A DNA stretch of 64,000 nucleotides from Octopus bimaculoides (lineage: Eukaryota): assembly GCF_001194135.2 (NCBI RefSeq), contig NC_068984.1:70017333-70081332 (forward strand), in the 5' to 3' direction. Shown one piece after another: positions 39,128 to 52,837 of the stretch (its first letter is position 1; each line of letters starts with the position of its first letter). The translations under genes were made by a program, and so were the position numbers. The notes beneath the pieces are model-generated. The model saw nothing but the letters and a program-made list of their open reading frames with translations, was not told where the DNA came from and did no database searches.

Positions 39128-39749
39128 CTTATTGTGTTAATTTAGTGGAGGTAAAATTTACACAGTACACCAGCCCATCCTTGTATACATAATTCGTAAT
39201 AAATTTTGGTACATATATTCCTTGGTCATTTCATGACATGAGGCAGATAGGAAGCTCTATGTAGTCAGGATTCTAACTGCATTGTCTGTGGAAAAGACTG
39301 AATGGTGATGGGTAGAACATCTTACACTATGCTTGTTCAATCTAAGCTAACTTGGTGTTATGCAAAAAGAACAACCACAATAATAACAGCACCCACAACA
39401 TAGCATGACGTATGTGAAATTAATTGTTCTATCTAAATACAACAAGTGATGACTGTAATGGATTTGAAATCAATATCTTTGACCTGGTCATTTGTTCACT
39501 CAGCTATTTAATCATAACAGATCAATGATATGGGATGAAATAGGCTGGACAATAAAGAAAAAAAATGTTAATAACTGTTTAACCAATCTAAAAATTTTAT
39601 TTTTGAAGTAATGGAAAAATGTTCTAAGCTATTCTTTTATGATAGTTACATTAATGTTAATGTAGTGTGCATAAAAAATATACTCAGAAATAATTATGTA
39701 TTGGGAAAATGGTGATGTAAATTCAATGGTTAATGTTATTTCAAACATT

Positions 39750-40020
39750 AAGGCAGTGAGTTAGCAGAATCATTAGCACACCGGCCAAAATACTTAGCAG
39801 TATTTTGTCTGTCTTTATGTTCTGAGTTCAAATTCCACCCATGATAATCAACAATCAAATAGACAATATCAATGTGCAATACAGCATTATGAAATGAAGC
39901 AAATGAAACTTTGCCTTTCATCCTTTCAGGGTTGATAAAATAAGTACCAGTTGAATACGGGATTCAATGTAACTGGTTTACCCCCTTCCCTGAAGTTGTG
40001 CCAGAATTTGAAACCAATAT
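39750..40020 (+). mobile_element. SINE family B with a foreign ~65-bp insert
   Basis: Head at 39750; the core resumes at ctttgcctttcatcc after the insert 39841-39908. Confidence 0.85.
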
Positions 40021-40705
40021 TATTTCAAACATTTTCACAAGTGTGGGAGACAACTTTGGGAAATTTTCTATATTATTAGGCCTGTATGAATGAAACATAG
40101 AATATGTTGTACATACACAAGTAGTGATGAGAAAATCACGCAAAGAGTCACTAAATAAACATACAACTTTATATATGAGTAAGTAGCATATTTAAAAAAT
40201 AACTCACAAACATTAATTGCTCTAGGGATTATTCTAATGAACATACTGTTATTTTATGAAATTAATTGGGCAAAAAATAATGAGTATGTTGGCTGAACCT
40301 AGATCATAAAAAAAAATATTTTATTTGTTTAACATAACTATATTTTTTCCAAAAGTATATATTCCACAGTGAAATTTAGTATTTAAATATTCTAAAACCA
40401 ATATTATATAGAACTCTCCAAGGATTATTTAACAAAAAATTTTTTTTTAATCTTTTATTACAAGTGTGCTTAAATCAATGTTAATAATTACCATTATACA
40501 GAGAACAAAATATTTTCCTATCTTTTAAATCTAATTATCTTTTTTTGTATTTATAGTTTCCTTCATATTATTTTGTCTTTTTCGTGAACAAACTGTAACT
40601 CTCTCAGATTCATTCAGTTCATTTGCAATACTGGCAAGACTAAATATAAACTGAAAGTATTTTGTACCTTGGAAAAGAAGCAGAATCAATGTATTTATCA
40701 ATACA

Positions 40706-40863
40706 TTAACTGGTATTTAAACTGTCTATATCCAGCCTCTCATACATATCCCACAATGTTATTCAAGAAATCTCAAAGCTAAAAAATAATGCATGATTAA
40801 TTCAAAACAATGTGAATAAATAATAATACATTTGATTAACTAATCTGAATGCTAAAGGGTTAA
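40706..40863 (-). mobile_element. MITE-like element, same family as 38950-39127
   Basis: Ends ...gaatgctaagggttaa; reverse complement aligns with 38950-39127. Confidence 0.5.
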
Positions 40864-41433
40864 TTTTAATTGGTTAAAGGAGAGTATTAGTCAAAGTGTA
40901 TTTTAGATTTATCTCATATTGGCTACCATTGTTTCATGTATATGTGTTTATGTGTGCATGCACATATGCAGGGCCTCCAAAAGTGGGGTCCAACCAGTAC
41001 TTTGTTCCAAGCCCAAGAAGTAAGGAAGGTTCCACAACCACCATGCAACATCCATCCCCACCCTCAAAAGCAAGCGTTTTCTATTACTTCCATCCTGACA
41101 TACACTTACATTTAATTACACAAGCATCACTATGCTTATCACACCACACTTGCTTTTTTTTTATTAGTATTTATTATTAATTATTGTAGGCCCAGTTGTA
41201 TAGACAAAGTATCTACCTACAGACCAGGGCCCCAAAAGGATCTTGTACCATCTTGGAAAATTTCTCTTGGAGGCCCTGCACATGTGTGTGTGTGTGCACA
41301 GTTGTGATTTTGTGTGTGTGTGTGTGCTTGTATGTGTGAATGCTTTTACCCATTAAGCTAAAGGGCACTTATAAATATTTTTACCTTTGTATAATGCATT
41401 TTGAGTGAAGCAGAAGATATCTTTTAACAAATT

Positions 41434-41669
41434 GGCACAGGAGTGGCTGTGTGGTAAGTAGCTTGCTTACCAGCCACATGCTTCCGGGTTCATTCCCACT
41501 GCATGGCACCTTGGGCAAGTGTCTTCTACTATAGCCTCGGGCCAACCAAAGCCTTGTGAGTGAATTTGGTAGACAGAAACTGAAAGAAGCCCGTCATATA
41601 TATGTGTGTATATATATATATATATATCTATATATATATATCTATCNNNNNNNNNNNNNNNNNNNNNNN

Positions 41670-41710
<41 letters not shown>

Positions 41711-41932
41711 GTGTATATCTTTGTGTATCTGTGTTTGTCACCCCAGCATCGCTTGACAACTGCTGGTGGTGTGTTTATGTCCTCGTAACTTAACGGTTCC
41801 GCAACAGAGACTGATAGAATAAGTACTAGGCTTTCAAAAAATAAGTCCTGAGGTCGATTTACTCGACTAAAGGCGGTGCTCCAGCATGGCCGCAGTCAAA
41901 TGACTAAAACAAGTATAAGAGTAAAAGAGTAA
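41434..41932 (+). mobile_element. SINE family A, full length, internal (TA)n with N-gap
   Basis: ggcacaggagtggctgtgtggtaag head to gactaaaacaagtataagagtaaaagag tail. Confidence 0.9.
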
Positions 41933-42699
41933 ATGACACTAGAGAACTTAAACTAAACAATATAATTTAAGGAAACACTCAGTAATCTCTCAGGTTACTA
42001 ATTACTTACAAGCTGGAACCAAACATATGGTATCTATTTATTGTTAGTTGTGTATGGCCATTCATGAGTTATATTTTGACCATCAACAAAGCACATTGAA
42101 AAAAAAAAAAAACAGAACTAGTTAACTCATATCAATTTAGTCAGCTGTAACTTGCCTTTTATGGGTTGTGTAAATCACAGACATTCAACACAAAAACTGC
42201 TCCATTAAAGCTTTGGAAGACAATAACTTATATAGTTTATGTGCATTGATATTCCAAACATATATAGCATTGTTTAGTAATATTTGCTGTTCTTCATATC
42301 AGCGTACAGTCAATAGCAATCAAATGTATAATATTAATGTACAATATAACATTATGAAATGAAGCAAAAGAAACTTAGAAAATACTGTATCGGAAATATT
42401 GGAAGTAATAGTAAAAGCATGTTAGTGCATTAAGAAATGAGATAGAAGCAAACATTCTGAGCAGGGAGCTTTGTCAAATAACAAAGGTTGTTTGCTTGAA
42501 ATGTCTCTACTTTCATTCATAAGAAACTATACTGGATAGGTTGTCATTATGCTACATATCTAATTCATACAGTCTTAATTATAAGCTACCCTCTATTAGA
42601 AATATTAGCAATTATCTATAACAAAAGATAATGGCATAAATTTCTCTTATAGTAGCAATGTTGATGGTAATAGTGACTATGGCATCTGCTATGGGCAAA

Positions 42700-42890
42700 A
42701 AACCACATACTTTGATCCTTTGGGTTAGGTTTATTTGGCTAAATTTACCCAGTATTTATACTTTTTAATTAATGAATCTAGAATAACAAGTGGTTAATTT
42801 TACCCACCATGATTGAAGCTCAGGATGTAAAGAACCGAGAGAAAACACTGCAAGGCATTTTGTCCAATGCTTTAGTGATTTTGATTATCC
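42700..42890 (-). mobile_element. SINE family B, degenerate
   Basis: ...gctcaggatgtaaagaaccgagagaaaacactgcaaggcattttgtccaatgc matches family B in reverse. Confidence 0.5.
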
Positions 42891-42942
42891 ATTGTATTAT
42901 AATAATAGTGATAATGATGTTGGTGATAATAATAATAACACC

Positions 42943-43476
42943 AGGCAGTGGTTCACACAGCTTCTGATCTTAACTGATCGGATGTGTTATCACGTATATA
43001 TTTTGTCTTGGTGTAAAAGATAGGCTACAGCAAATATTTTCATTACCACAGGCTTGCTTATCAGTTGCTTGACTTTAACCAGTTGAGCATGTCCCTTGAT
43101 GACTGATGATATGTGCATCACTGAATGTGAGCAGGAGCAGTGGGGCAACTTCATAGACATGTGTTAAAAGGAATTCTTTCATATTTGAATAATTTACCCC
43201 TGGAAACATGGATGTTTCATTCATGATCCTTAAACAAACCTTTTTCAGGGACCTTTTGAGTGGGATGGGCTACTCAACTTGAAAAATATTCTAACTGGTC
43301 CCCACTTGCAAGGTCATGTGCTGTTTATCTTCATATGTGACCACCAGGTTGCACACACATTGTTGTGGTGCATGTACCTGGTGTACTCTTATCAGACAGG
43401 TAGCAGCGATGGGTATATTGGGCTTTGTATATTCTACCCCAGTGTCACTTTGATGGCATGCACAGCTCACTCACTC
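42943..43476 (+). mobile_element. Non-coding ~535-bp interspersed element embedded in (AAT)n, copy 1
   Basis: Collinear with 45747-46283; both start aggcagtg and end ctcactc + (aat)n, and both are preceded by (aat)n. Confidence 0.85.
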
Positions 43477-44384
<908 letters not shown>

Positions 44385-44400
<16 letters not shown>

Positions 44401-44782
44401 ACTCAAATGGTACTTAATTTATTGACCCTGAAAAAATGAAAGGTAAAGTCGACCTCAGCAGGATTTGAGCTCAGAATCAGGGGAAATACCACTAAGCATT
44501 TCATACAGTGGGCTAACGATTCTGCCAGCTGGCTGCTTTTACTAATGATAATAATAATCCTTTTTACTATTGGCACAAGGCCTGAAATTTAGTAGGAGTG
44601 GGTCAGCTGATTAGATCGACCCCAGTATGCAACTGGTACTTAATTCATCAACCCCAAAAGGATTAAAGGCAAAGTCAACCTTGGCGGAATTTAAAGTCAG
44701 AACATGAAGATGGACGAAATACTGCTAAGCATTTTGTCCGGTGCACTAACGATTCTTCCAGCTCACTGCCTTTACTAATGAG

Positions 44783-44834
<52 letters not shown>

Positions 44835-45010
44835 CAATAATAAGAAGAAGAATAATAATTTCAAATATTGGCACAGGGCCAGAAAATTAGTGGGATGTGA
44901 TAAATCAATTTCATTGGACCCAGCATTCAACTGATACTTATTTTATTGATCCTGAAGGGATGAAAGGCAAAATTTTCTTGATGGAGTTTGAACTTAGAAC
45001 GTGAAGACAG
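44385..45010 (-). mobile_element. Three tandem SINE family B copies separated by (AAT)n
   Basis: ggtacttaatt...tgaaaggyaaagtc.acc occurs at ~44410, ~44635 and ~44935. Confidence 0.85.
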
Positions 45011-45150
45011 NNNNNNNNNNNNNNNNNNNNNNNNNNNNNNNNNNNNNNNNNNNNNNNNNNNNNNNNNNNNNNNNNNNNNNNNNNNNNNNNNNNNNNNNNN
45101 NNNNNNNNNNNNNNNNNNNNNNNNNNNNNNNNNNNNNNNNNNNNNNNNNN

Positions 45151-45705
45151 AAGTGAACAAAATATGACCACTTCCTTATTGGGAAATTTGTAAGTTTCAT
45201 AAACAATTTTTTTTTTAAGTATCACCATTATGGGTATTTATACTAAGGTGAAATTAAGAAATCAAGTTGTAAATAAACAAAACCCTCAAAGCCATCAATG
45301 TACTAACACACACATGTATGCACATAGACACACACACACACACACACACACAAAGTCACATTTCTACGGATGTATTTATGTATGTATGCATATGTGTATG
45401 TACCACACATGTCTACACACATGATCTATACACATGCAGATGAGGGTCGATTCATCTGAAAAAGAAAGTGAACAAAACAATAACCACTTGCTTATCAGAA
45501 AATTTGCAAGTTTGATTAAAAAAAATTTTATTTTTAAAGATAATCAAACCAAATGTTCATCATTCTGAGCCACTCTCCCAATGAGCATTTCTGCCAAATG
45601 TGCTGAAAATCCATTTGACCATTTTCCAGCAATTTTGCAAACACACAGACAACCAAAGATGAGTGATTACAATACCCTGCATTTGCTTACATGTGCAGGG
45701 TAACA
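45151..45705 (+). mobile_element. Helentron/HINE-like non-autonomous element (internal ~80-bp repeat, CA microsatellite, terminal hairpin)
   Basis: aagtgaacaaaa...accactt.cttat..gaaaattt repeated at ~45151 and ~45467; 3' hairpin accctgca...tgcagggt at 45674-45701. Confidence 0.4.
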
Positions 45706-45746
45706 ACAATAATAATAATTATTATAATAATAATAGTAATAATATT

Positions 45747-46283
45747 AGGCAGTGACTCTCATGACTTCTAATCTTAACTGATTGGAAGTCTTATTATGTA
45801 TATTGTTTTGTCTTGGTATAAAAGATGGGCTACAATAAATATTCTGCTCAATACCAGAGATTTGCTTGTCAGTTGTTTGACCATAACCAGTTGAGCATGT
45901 CTCTTAGCGGCTGACGATATGTACATCTCTGATCACGGGCAGAAGTAATGGGGGTGCATCATAGTCATGTATTGAGAGGAATTCTTTGGGGTTTGGATAA
46001 TTCACCCCTAGGAACATGGTGTTTTGTTCAATATCCTTAAACAACCCTTATTCAGGGTCCTTTTGAGTGGGATGGGTTACTCGACCTGAAGAAAATTCTC
46101 ACTGGGCTACACCTGCAAGGTCATGTGCTAAGTGTCTTGATATGAGATCACTAGATCATGCACATATTGTTGTGGTGCATGTGCCTGGTGTACCGTTTTC
46201 AGATGGGTAGTTGTGATGGGTACACTGGGCTTCATATATTTTACTTCCGTGTCACTTTGATAGCATGCATTACTCTCTCACTC
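45747..46283 (+). mobile_element. Non-coding (AAT)n-embedded element, copy 2
   Basis: Collinear with 42943-43476. Confidence 0.85.
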
Positions 46284-46341
<58 letters not shown>

Positions 46342-46715
46342 TTTTTGAATATCCCTCAGGGTGCATTCATACAACAATATATACTAAGATGTGTAGGGTA
46401 GAGAAAGAAGTATCAACGAAAAAGTTAACATTTTCACTTTTTGTGTATGTGTGTTTGAATATCATTGTTGCATTTTCTACTTACATTTACTACCTATATC
46501 TTGTGCATTATTGTTTATGATGTCCATAGAATAATAGTCTTTTTGTTTGTCTATTAAGTGATATATGCTTTTGTATTTAATAATTTCCATTTTTCTTCTT
46601 TTCTATTTGTAAAATGATTTTCTCACATTAAAAATTTGTAGGAGAGATTTCCATGTCGTTGTAGGCACTATTTTGGTTAAATGTTTGCCAACAAGATACA
46701 AAAGTAATAATGATG

Positions 46716-46775
<60 letters not shown>

Positions 46776-48139
46776 TATATTAAATATATTGAAAGCAGCA
46801 AACCCTAAAGCATTCTTAATATGAGGAAAGTGCCTCTGGGTCCTTCAACAGTGTTCCTTGTAGAATAATCAGAGTAGGAATAATTTTCATTCAGTAAGAA
46901 AGTGGTAGAAATTTAAAATCTTTGGTATTCATAAGACATATGCAATGGATAAAATACTGCTACTGCTGTATTTTTGGTATGATGTTTCATATCCAGGATG
47001 CCAGATATCCATTTTTTAATCTTCGATCTCAGTTTCTTTACATCTGGCATCTCAGATACAAAACGTGATAACAAAAATCAGTGCTAGCTATAAGTTTTAT
47101 AGAAAATATATATAGGTGTCCTTAACACATAATTTAAGGACAAAATACAGTATCTGCTTACAAGAGCAGGCAAATTCAACAGGGAGTCAATAACTTTCTA
47201 TTGTGCTTACAAATAGAGTAGGGACACATTAAGGTATTTTAGCCTAGCATTAATGACTTTCTTGGCAGCCCTGACTCCAGCTGTTGCTCTCAGACATACT
47301 GACTTTGCTTTTCCTCTGCCCTAGTGAGAGCTAGTCAAGCAAAGCTTATGATGAGTGCAAAGAATATCAAAGCTTGCTTCAATCAATCCTGGCTAGCTGC
47401 ATTTTAAGAAATGATAGAGGAATGCTATGCAGAAAGGATGTGCTTTTACCTCCAGCAGGGAACTGTGAATTGTAATTTCCGTTATACTTTTTGCTCATAC
47501 TAGTCTTGGTAGCCTTGTATGAGTCATGGATACTGTGCTTTCTCCTATGTCTAGGTCATAAAACATTGAATGTAAATACTGAAAATATTGACTCAGAAGA
47601 TGAATTTAATAGTCTGGAAAATTGTAATCTTATTAACAATAACTCATTTCAGACATTTAAACATTTAAGAAAATATGAGTTTAAACATTACGTTAATAAA
47701 ACAGTTGATAGCAAATGAAATTGAAAATTAAGAATTAAAAGGAAAACAGTAACAACAACAGTTTGGTAAATATGGAAATAAGAAGAAATAACTGAAACCA
47801 TTACTTTAAATTTATACATGTTAAAATTCTTAACTCTTTTGTGACCATATCTCTAATGAATTATAATGTCTGCATGAATAATTTTTTGAAACAATCAAGA
47901 ATTTTACAGCATATAGTAAACTAATTGACTAACTTTGTCATTGTCAAGCAGATATTTGAAACATAACTTAGAAAAATTTCTTCTATTAAAATCTTGATAG
48001 TAGATCTAAATTTAGATATAAACACTTTAACATTGCAACATTTGTATCATAGGAACAGAAGTCTCAGGCAGGTTGATTAGAAAAAATTCCACGTTTTGCT
48101 ATTAGTCATTTTATATGCATGTGCAAATGTGCGTGTGTG

Positions 48140-48184
<45 letters not shown>

Positions 48185-49719
48185 CTATTTATGTTTATGT
48201 GTGAGTGTGCATATGTTCATGCAAATATGTGTGCATTATATGTGTTATGTAAATTCATTATATTTACAAAACTAGTCATGAGTAAATTGTTAAATAAATA
48301 TGGAAGATGTAGACATTGGCTGGCATACAAAAACAGAATTGTTTAAAAGTGAAATTCAAAGACATCTGCATAAAAAACAATTGGTAAATTAGTGTTAATA
48401 TATTTAATGCAGGAAGTATTAGAAAACTATTAAAAAGTAGTATTACTGAATGATTAAGCAAAGCATGTTATGTAAGCCATACTTTTCAGTCTAGTGATGA
48501 CAAAGTCAGAAAGTAAATGTGCAATATTTTTCATTTGTTGCTGAGGAAAAAAATTGAAAGATGCAAGATTATACATTTGTGTCAGAAAAAGAGACTCATT
48601 TAGAGAAGAAAAAAAATTCAGATATCATTTGCATGGGAAGTTGGTGTACATATTCTTTTTAATGTATAGAGAACTAGAGCTAAACATGGCAAGAAAATAA
48701 AAGAAAAAGGAAAAAAGAAAAGAAAATGATATCAGTCAATATGAAACGTTATTTTCACTTTTTCCGACATATATGGGAGATAACTCCAGTTGTATTTCAA
48801 TCTCATTCTCAACTCATTGTTTATGATATGAATTACTCATAATACTTATTTTGGATATGGAAAGTATTTCTAAAAATGTAATTGCAATAAGATAATGGAA
48901 ATAAATTTACAGTATAGAACAGGAAGGTAAGAAATACACAGCTTCTTTAGTTTATATAAAAATACTTTAATGTAATCTTAGAATAAAGGCATTGAGTAGC
49001 TCATAAAAAAAAATCCTATTTCAGAACAGAACAAGGGGCATTAATAGAAGAGCTTTATCAAGTATTAAAGTCAAGAAATGCATTATCAAATAAATAACAC
49101 AAGAAAAAAATTGATGTAAAGATATGAAAGTAATATTCCTTTCTATTTTTTATGAGAATGATTCCACAATATATTGTATTGACCTAAACAAAATATATGT
49201 AGATAGTTATATATCAATATCTATATCTATGTGTTTGTCATCATCATCATTTAACATCGTCTTTTCAATGATTGCATGGGTTGGATAGAAATAAATCAAA
49301 GTAGAATATTCTATGACCGGATGACTTACCAGTCACCAACACTCACTTCTTTCCAAGGGCGGTAATATTTCCCTATCCTCAGAAATGTTTTTGCAGGATA
49401 TTGGAAATACCTGACACTTCTTGCATGTCACAACAGACCTGGGAACAAATAATGACTAAAAGGTGGTTACGTACTCTTTAAAACCCTGGAACGTCCATAC
49501 TGGAACCCCACTATTGGATGCAGTTTCACAGTTTAAAGCCATACTATAATACATACATATGCATACCCACCTACGCATATATATATACATATATATANNN
49601 NNNNNNNNNNNNNNNNNNNNNNNNNNNNNNNNNNNNNNNNNNNNNNNNNNNNNNNNNNNNNNNNNNNNNNNNNNNNNNNNNNNNNNNNNNNNNNNNNNAA
49701 TTCAAAACAACAAATAAAA

Positions 49720-49900
49720 AACAAGAAAAAACAACGTGAGGACATGGTACATGCAAAGTATTAAAAGACACTCAGGGAAGGAAAGAACAGGTGTTTTACA
49801 CTTCGAGCAAAGCTCTTCTTCAGAAACATAAGACAGAGGAAAGTCCAAAGGAAAGGAAGACGGAAGAAAAAAACTACGAACAATCCACATGTAATTACAT
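49720..49900 (-). mobile_element. PLE-like pseudo-LTR fragment with a degenerate hammerhead motif
   Basis: Minus strand 49827-49793: GTTT-CTGAAGA-A-GAGC-TTT-GCTC-GAA(GT)-GTA-AAAC. Confidence 0.5.
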
Positions 49901-50004
49901 TTTGAAAATATATATGTGTGTGTGTGTGTGTGTGTGTAAAATAAAATGAGACAACAAAATCAAGGATGTGTGAAATTTATAGGACGTTTATAAAGAGAAA
50001 AGTA

Positions 50005-50052
50005 GTCTTACAGCTGTTTCTTGGATATTAGGGATATCCCTTCATCAGAGAC
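50005..50052 (-). ncRNA. Putative minimal type-I hammerhead ribozyme (left arm, intact core)
   Basis: GTCT-CTGATGA-AG-GGATAT-CCCTA-ATATCC-AA-GAAAC-AGCT-GTA-AGAC; palindromic stem III ACAGCTGT; stem I GTCT/AGAC. Confidence 0.65.
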
Positions 50053-50181
50053 GATATGAGAAAGTTAACTAGAAGGAAATAATAAAGTTTAATATAAGGA
50101 GTTATTTTAGAAAAGGATGGATATAGGAACTCTACTATATATTGAACTCTACTATTGCCCTCTAGTTAACGCTCTCATATC

Positions 50182-50229
50182 GTCTCTGATGAAAGGATAT
50201 CCCTAATATCCCCAAAACAGCTGTAAGAT
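50182..50229 (+). ncRNA. Hammerhead motif (right arm, G12 mutated to A)
   Basis: GTCT-CTGATGA-AA-GGATAT-CCCTA-ATATCC-CC-AAAAC-AGCT-GTA-AGAT. Confidence 0.45.
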
Positions 50230-50435
50230 TACTTTTCTCTTTATAAACATCCTATAAATTCCACACAGCCTTGGTTTTGTTGTCTTACTTTATTTAAAAT
50301 ATACATGCTCACACAAAACATGCATCAGACTCATCACTTGTATTATTAACAAACCAAGAGTGTAACAATGGTCCTCCCATAGCATTTACATAGCCTTACC
50401 TGCTATCTTGACTCTTCTGGATAACATTACTTCTC

Positions 50436-50461
<26 letters not shown>

Positions 50462-50466
<5 letters not shown>

Positions 50467-50940
50467 GTTCTCAAAAGTTGTGCCCCAGAAGATGTCTAGT
50501 TCCACCCTGAGATTTTCCAAAGACATGCATTCAGATATAAAGAAGTAAATGCACAGCTACTTTCTTATATGACTGGATCAGAAGCCCAGTCGTTGAAACT
50601 TCCACTGATTTCAAATTAACATTGATAGAAGAAGAGGAACTCGCTGCTATATCTACTGACAATAGATTAATGATGAAACACAAGAAATTATCACTTGAAG
50701 CTTTCTGGATTTCTGTAAAAGATGAATATGTTTCGATTTCTGAAAAAAACTCTTACAATTTTGCTGGAATTTTCAACTCTTTACCTATGTGAATTTGGAT
50801 TTTCCACTCTTCCTAATATAAAGTACAAAAAGCAAAGAACACTTACATGCGTTGATGAAGAAATACAAGTTTGTCTTTCAAACATACTCCCAAACATTGA
50901 AGAAATTGCCAAGACACATCAAGCTAATATTTGCCATTAA
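50462..50940 (+). mobile_element. hAT (Buster/Charlie-type) transposase C-terminal relic with one TIR
   Basis: cagaggttctcaaa TIR; YDWIRSP...EEEELAAIS...FWISVKDEY...ILLEFSTLYLCEFGFSTL...VDEEIQVCLSNILPNIEEI...ANICH* resembles the Buster-family dimerisation domain. Confidence 0.85.
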
Positions 50941-51958
50941 CCCAAGAATGAAGAATCTTAAGGTATATGTTATTTTCTGCTATTTAGCTTAGAAATTTGT
51001 ATATGGTGTGTCCATAATTATTGTCCACATATGCCATGGAAACCAAGAAACTGGCCCTATGCTCCACAAAGGGCTAAAAGAAACATGTAAACATGTATAT
51101 ATTCATGTATATTTGAGAAGGGATGTTCATGTCAGATGTTCAGATGTTAAGAAGTTAAACTATGAAAGAGAGACAAGCACAGATGTCTTTTTATTGAGGA
51201 GATACATGGCTACCCAATATCAAATTAAGGTGAGTTATAACAAAAAGGTGATGATGAGTTACCAGAGCAAACTAATAAGTATAATAGAGAACACAAATAG
51301 AACAGTGGGGAGAGAGATATAGGAAATAATATAGGAGTGTGAGATACATAGGACAGATAGTTAGAGGTAGGGGTAATGCTGAATGTTGTGAGTGATGAAT
51401 GAGGCTTGGCTGAAGACAAATTTCAGCAGGGAGGGGAGGAAGTGAGAAGGATGGAAGCAGCATAAAAAGATGAGGGGACAAACAGCATCACAGAAAGAGA
51501 GGAGAACTGATGTGTCATAAATTTCTATACAAATCAGAAAGTAGTGAGATGTTGGGGTACGAGTTGGGATAAGAGGGGGATGTACATTGACAAGGATGGA
51601 GGCTGGAGGTATGTAAGGATGGCTTGAGTGAATGAGGCAACAAAGATGGAGGGCATTGATAGAGGATATGAGAATGATAGCAGATATGAGTCATGACAGT
51701 CTAAGATGTAGCCCAGAGGAGAAGGGAAAATATCTGAAAGTAAAGAAAGGAAGTTATCAGTGGAGAATAATGTGGGAAGGAACGATAACGTGAATCTGTG
51801 ATGGATGCTAATAGAATTTAGTTCCATTTGGAGAAGGGCAACAAAATTGTGTGAAGGTATATTATTATATATTCATGTTGGAGAGAAATATATGCATTTC
51901 CTTTTTGAAACATGTAAAGAAAATATTTTCGTGTTCATTGTCAAATGCCTTTCCTCAT

Positions 51959-52037
<79 letters not shown>

Positions 52038-52326
52038 CTATAACATATCTATATATTCATATATGGGTTGTTTGCATTTAACAACACATAAGAGAATAAT
52101 ATATGAAAACATTTGTATAAAAATTAGAAAAGTCTAAAAGTAAGTAGCATATATCTCTCTCTTCGATCTTGGTATAAAATATTAAAGAATAATCTCAACA
52201 AAACTTATGACAACTAAAATACACCTGCAAAATTGTGTTAAATATAAGGTAGCAGCAACATGATATTCTGCTTGCATTTCTTTTATGTATAAATATATAC
52301 ACATATATATCTATATGCATACACAC

Positions 52327-52366
<40 letters not shown>

Positions 52367-52800
52367 CTCCCTACATATATATATANNNNNNNNNNNNNNN
52401 NNNNNNNNNNNNNNNNNNNNNNNNNNNNNNNNNNNNNNNNNNNNNNNNNNNNNNNNNNNNNNNNNNNNNNNNNNNNNNNNNNNNNNNNNNNNNNNNNNNN
52501 NNNNNNNNNNNNNNNNNNNNNNNNNNNNNNNNNNNNNNNNNNNNNNNNNNNNNNNNNNNNNNNNNNNNNNNNNNNNNNNNNNNNNNNNNNNNNNNNNNNN
52601 NNNNNNNNNNNNNNNNNNNNNNNNNNNNNNNNNNNNNNNNNNNNNNNNNNNNNNNNNNNNNNNNNNNNNNNNNNNNNNNNNNNNNNNNNNNNNNNNNNNN
52701 NNNNNNNNNNNNNNNNNNNNNNNNNNNNNNNNNNNNNNNNNNNNNNNNNNNNNNNNNNNNNNNNNNNNNNNNNNNNNNNNNNNNNNNNNNNNNNNNNNNN

Positions 52801-52837
<37 letters not shown>

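Larger units (their letters stand above)
49939..50295. mobile_element. Foldback element with 143-bp inverted arms, each carrying a hammerhead motif
   Basis: Arms 49939-50081 and 50153-50295 are near-perfect reverse complements; 71-bp spacer. Confidence 0.9.

Noticed and set aside
43105-43140. CTGATGA/CTGACGA in the (AAT)n-embedded element as a hammerhead
   Set aside because: No downstream stem II + GAAA box in either copy.
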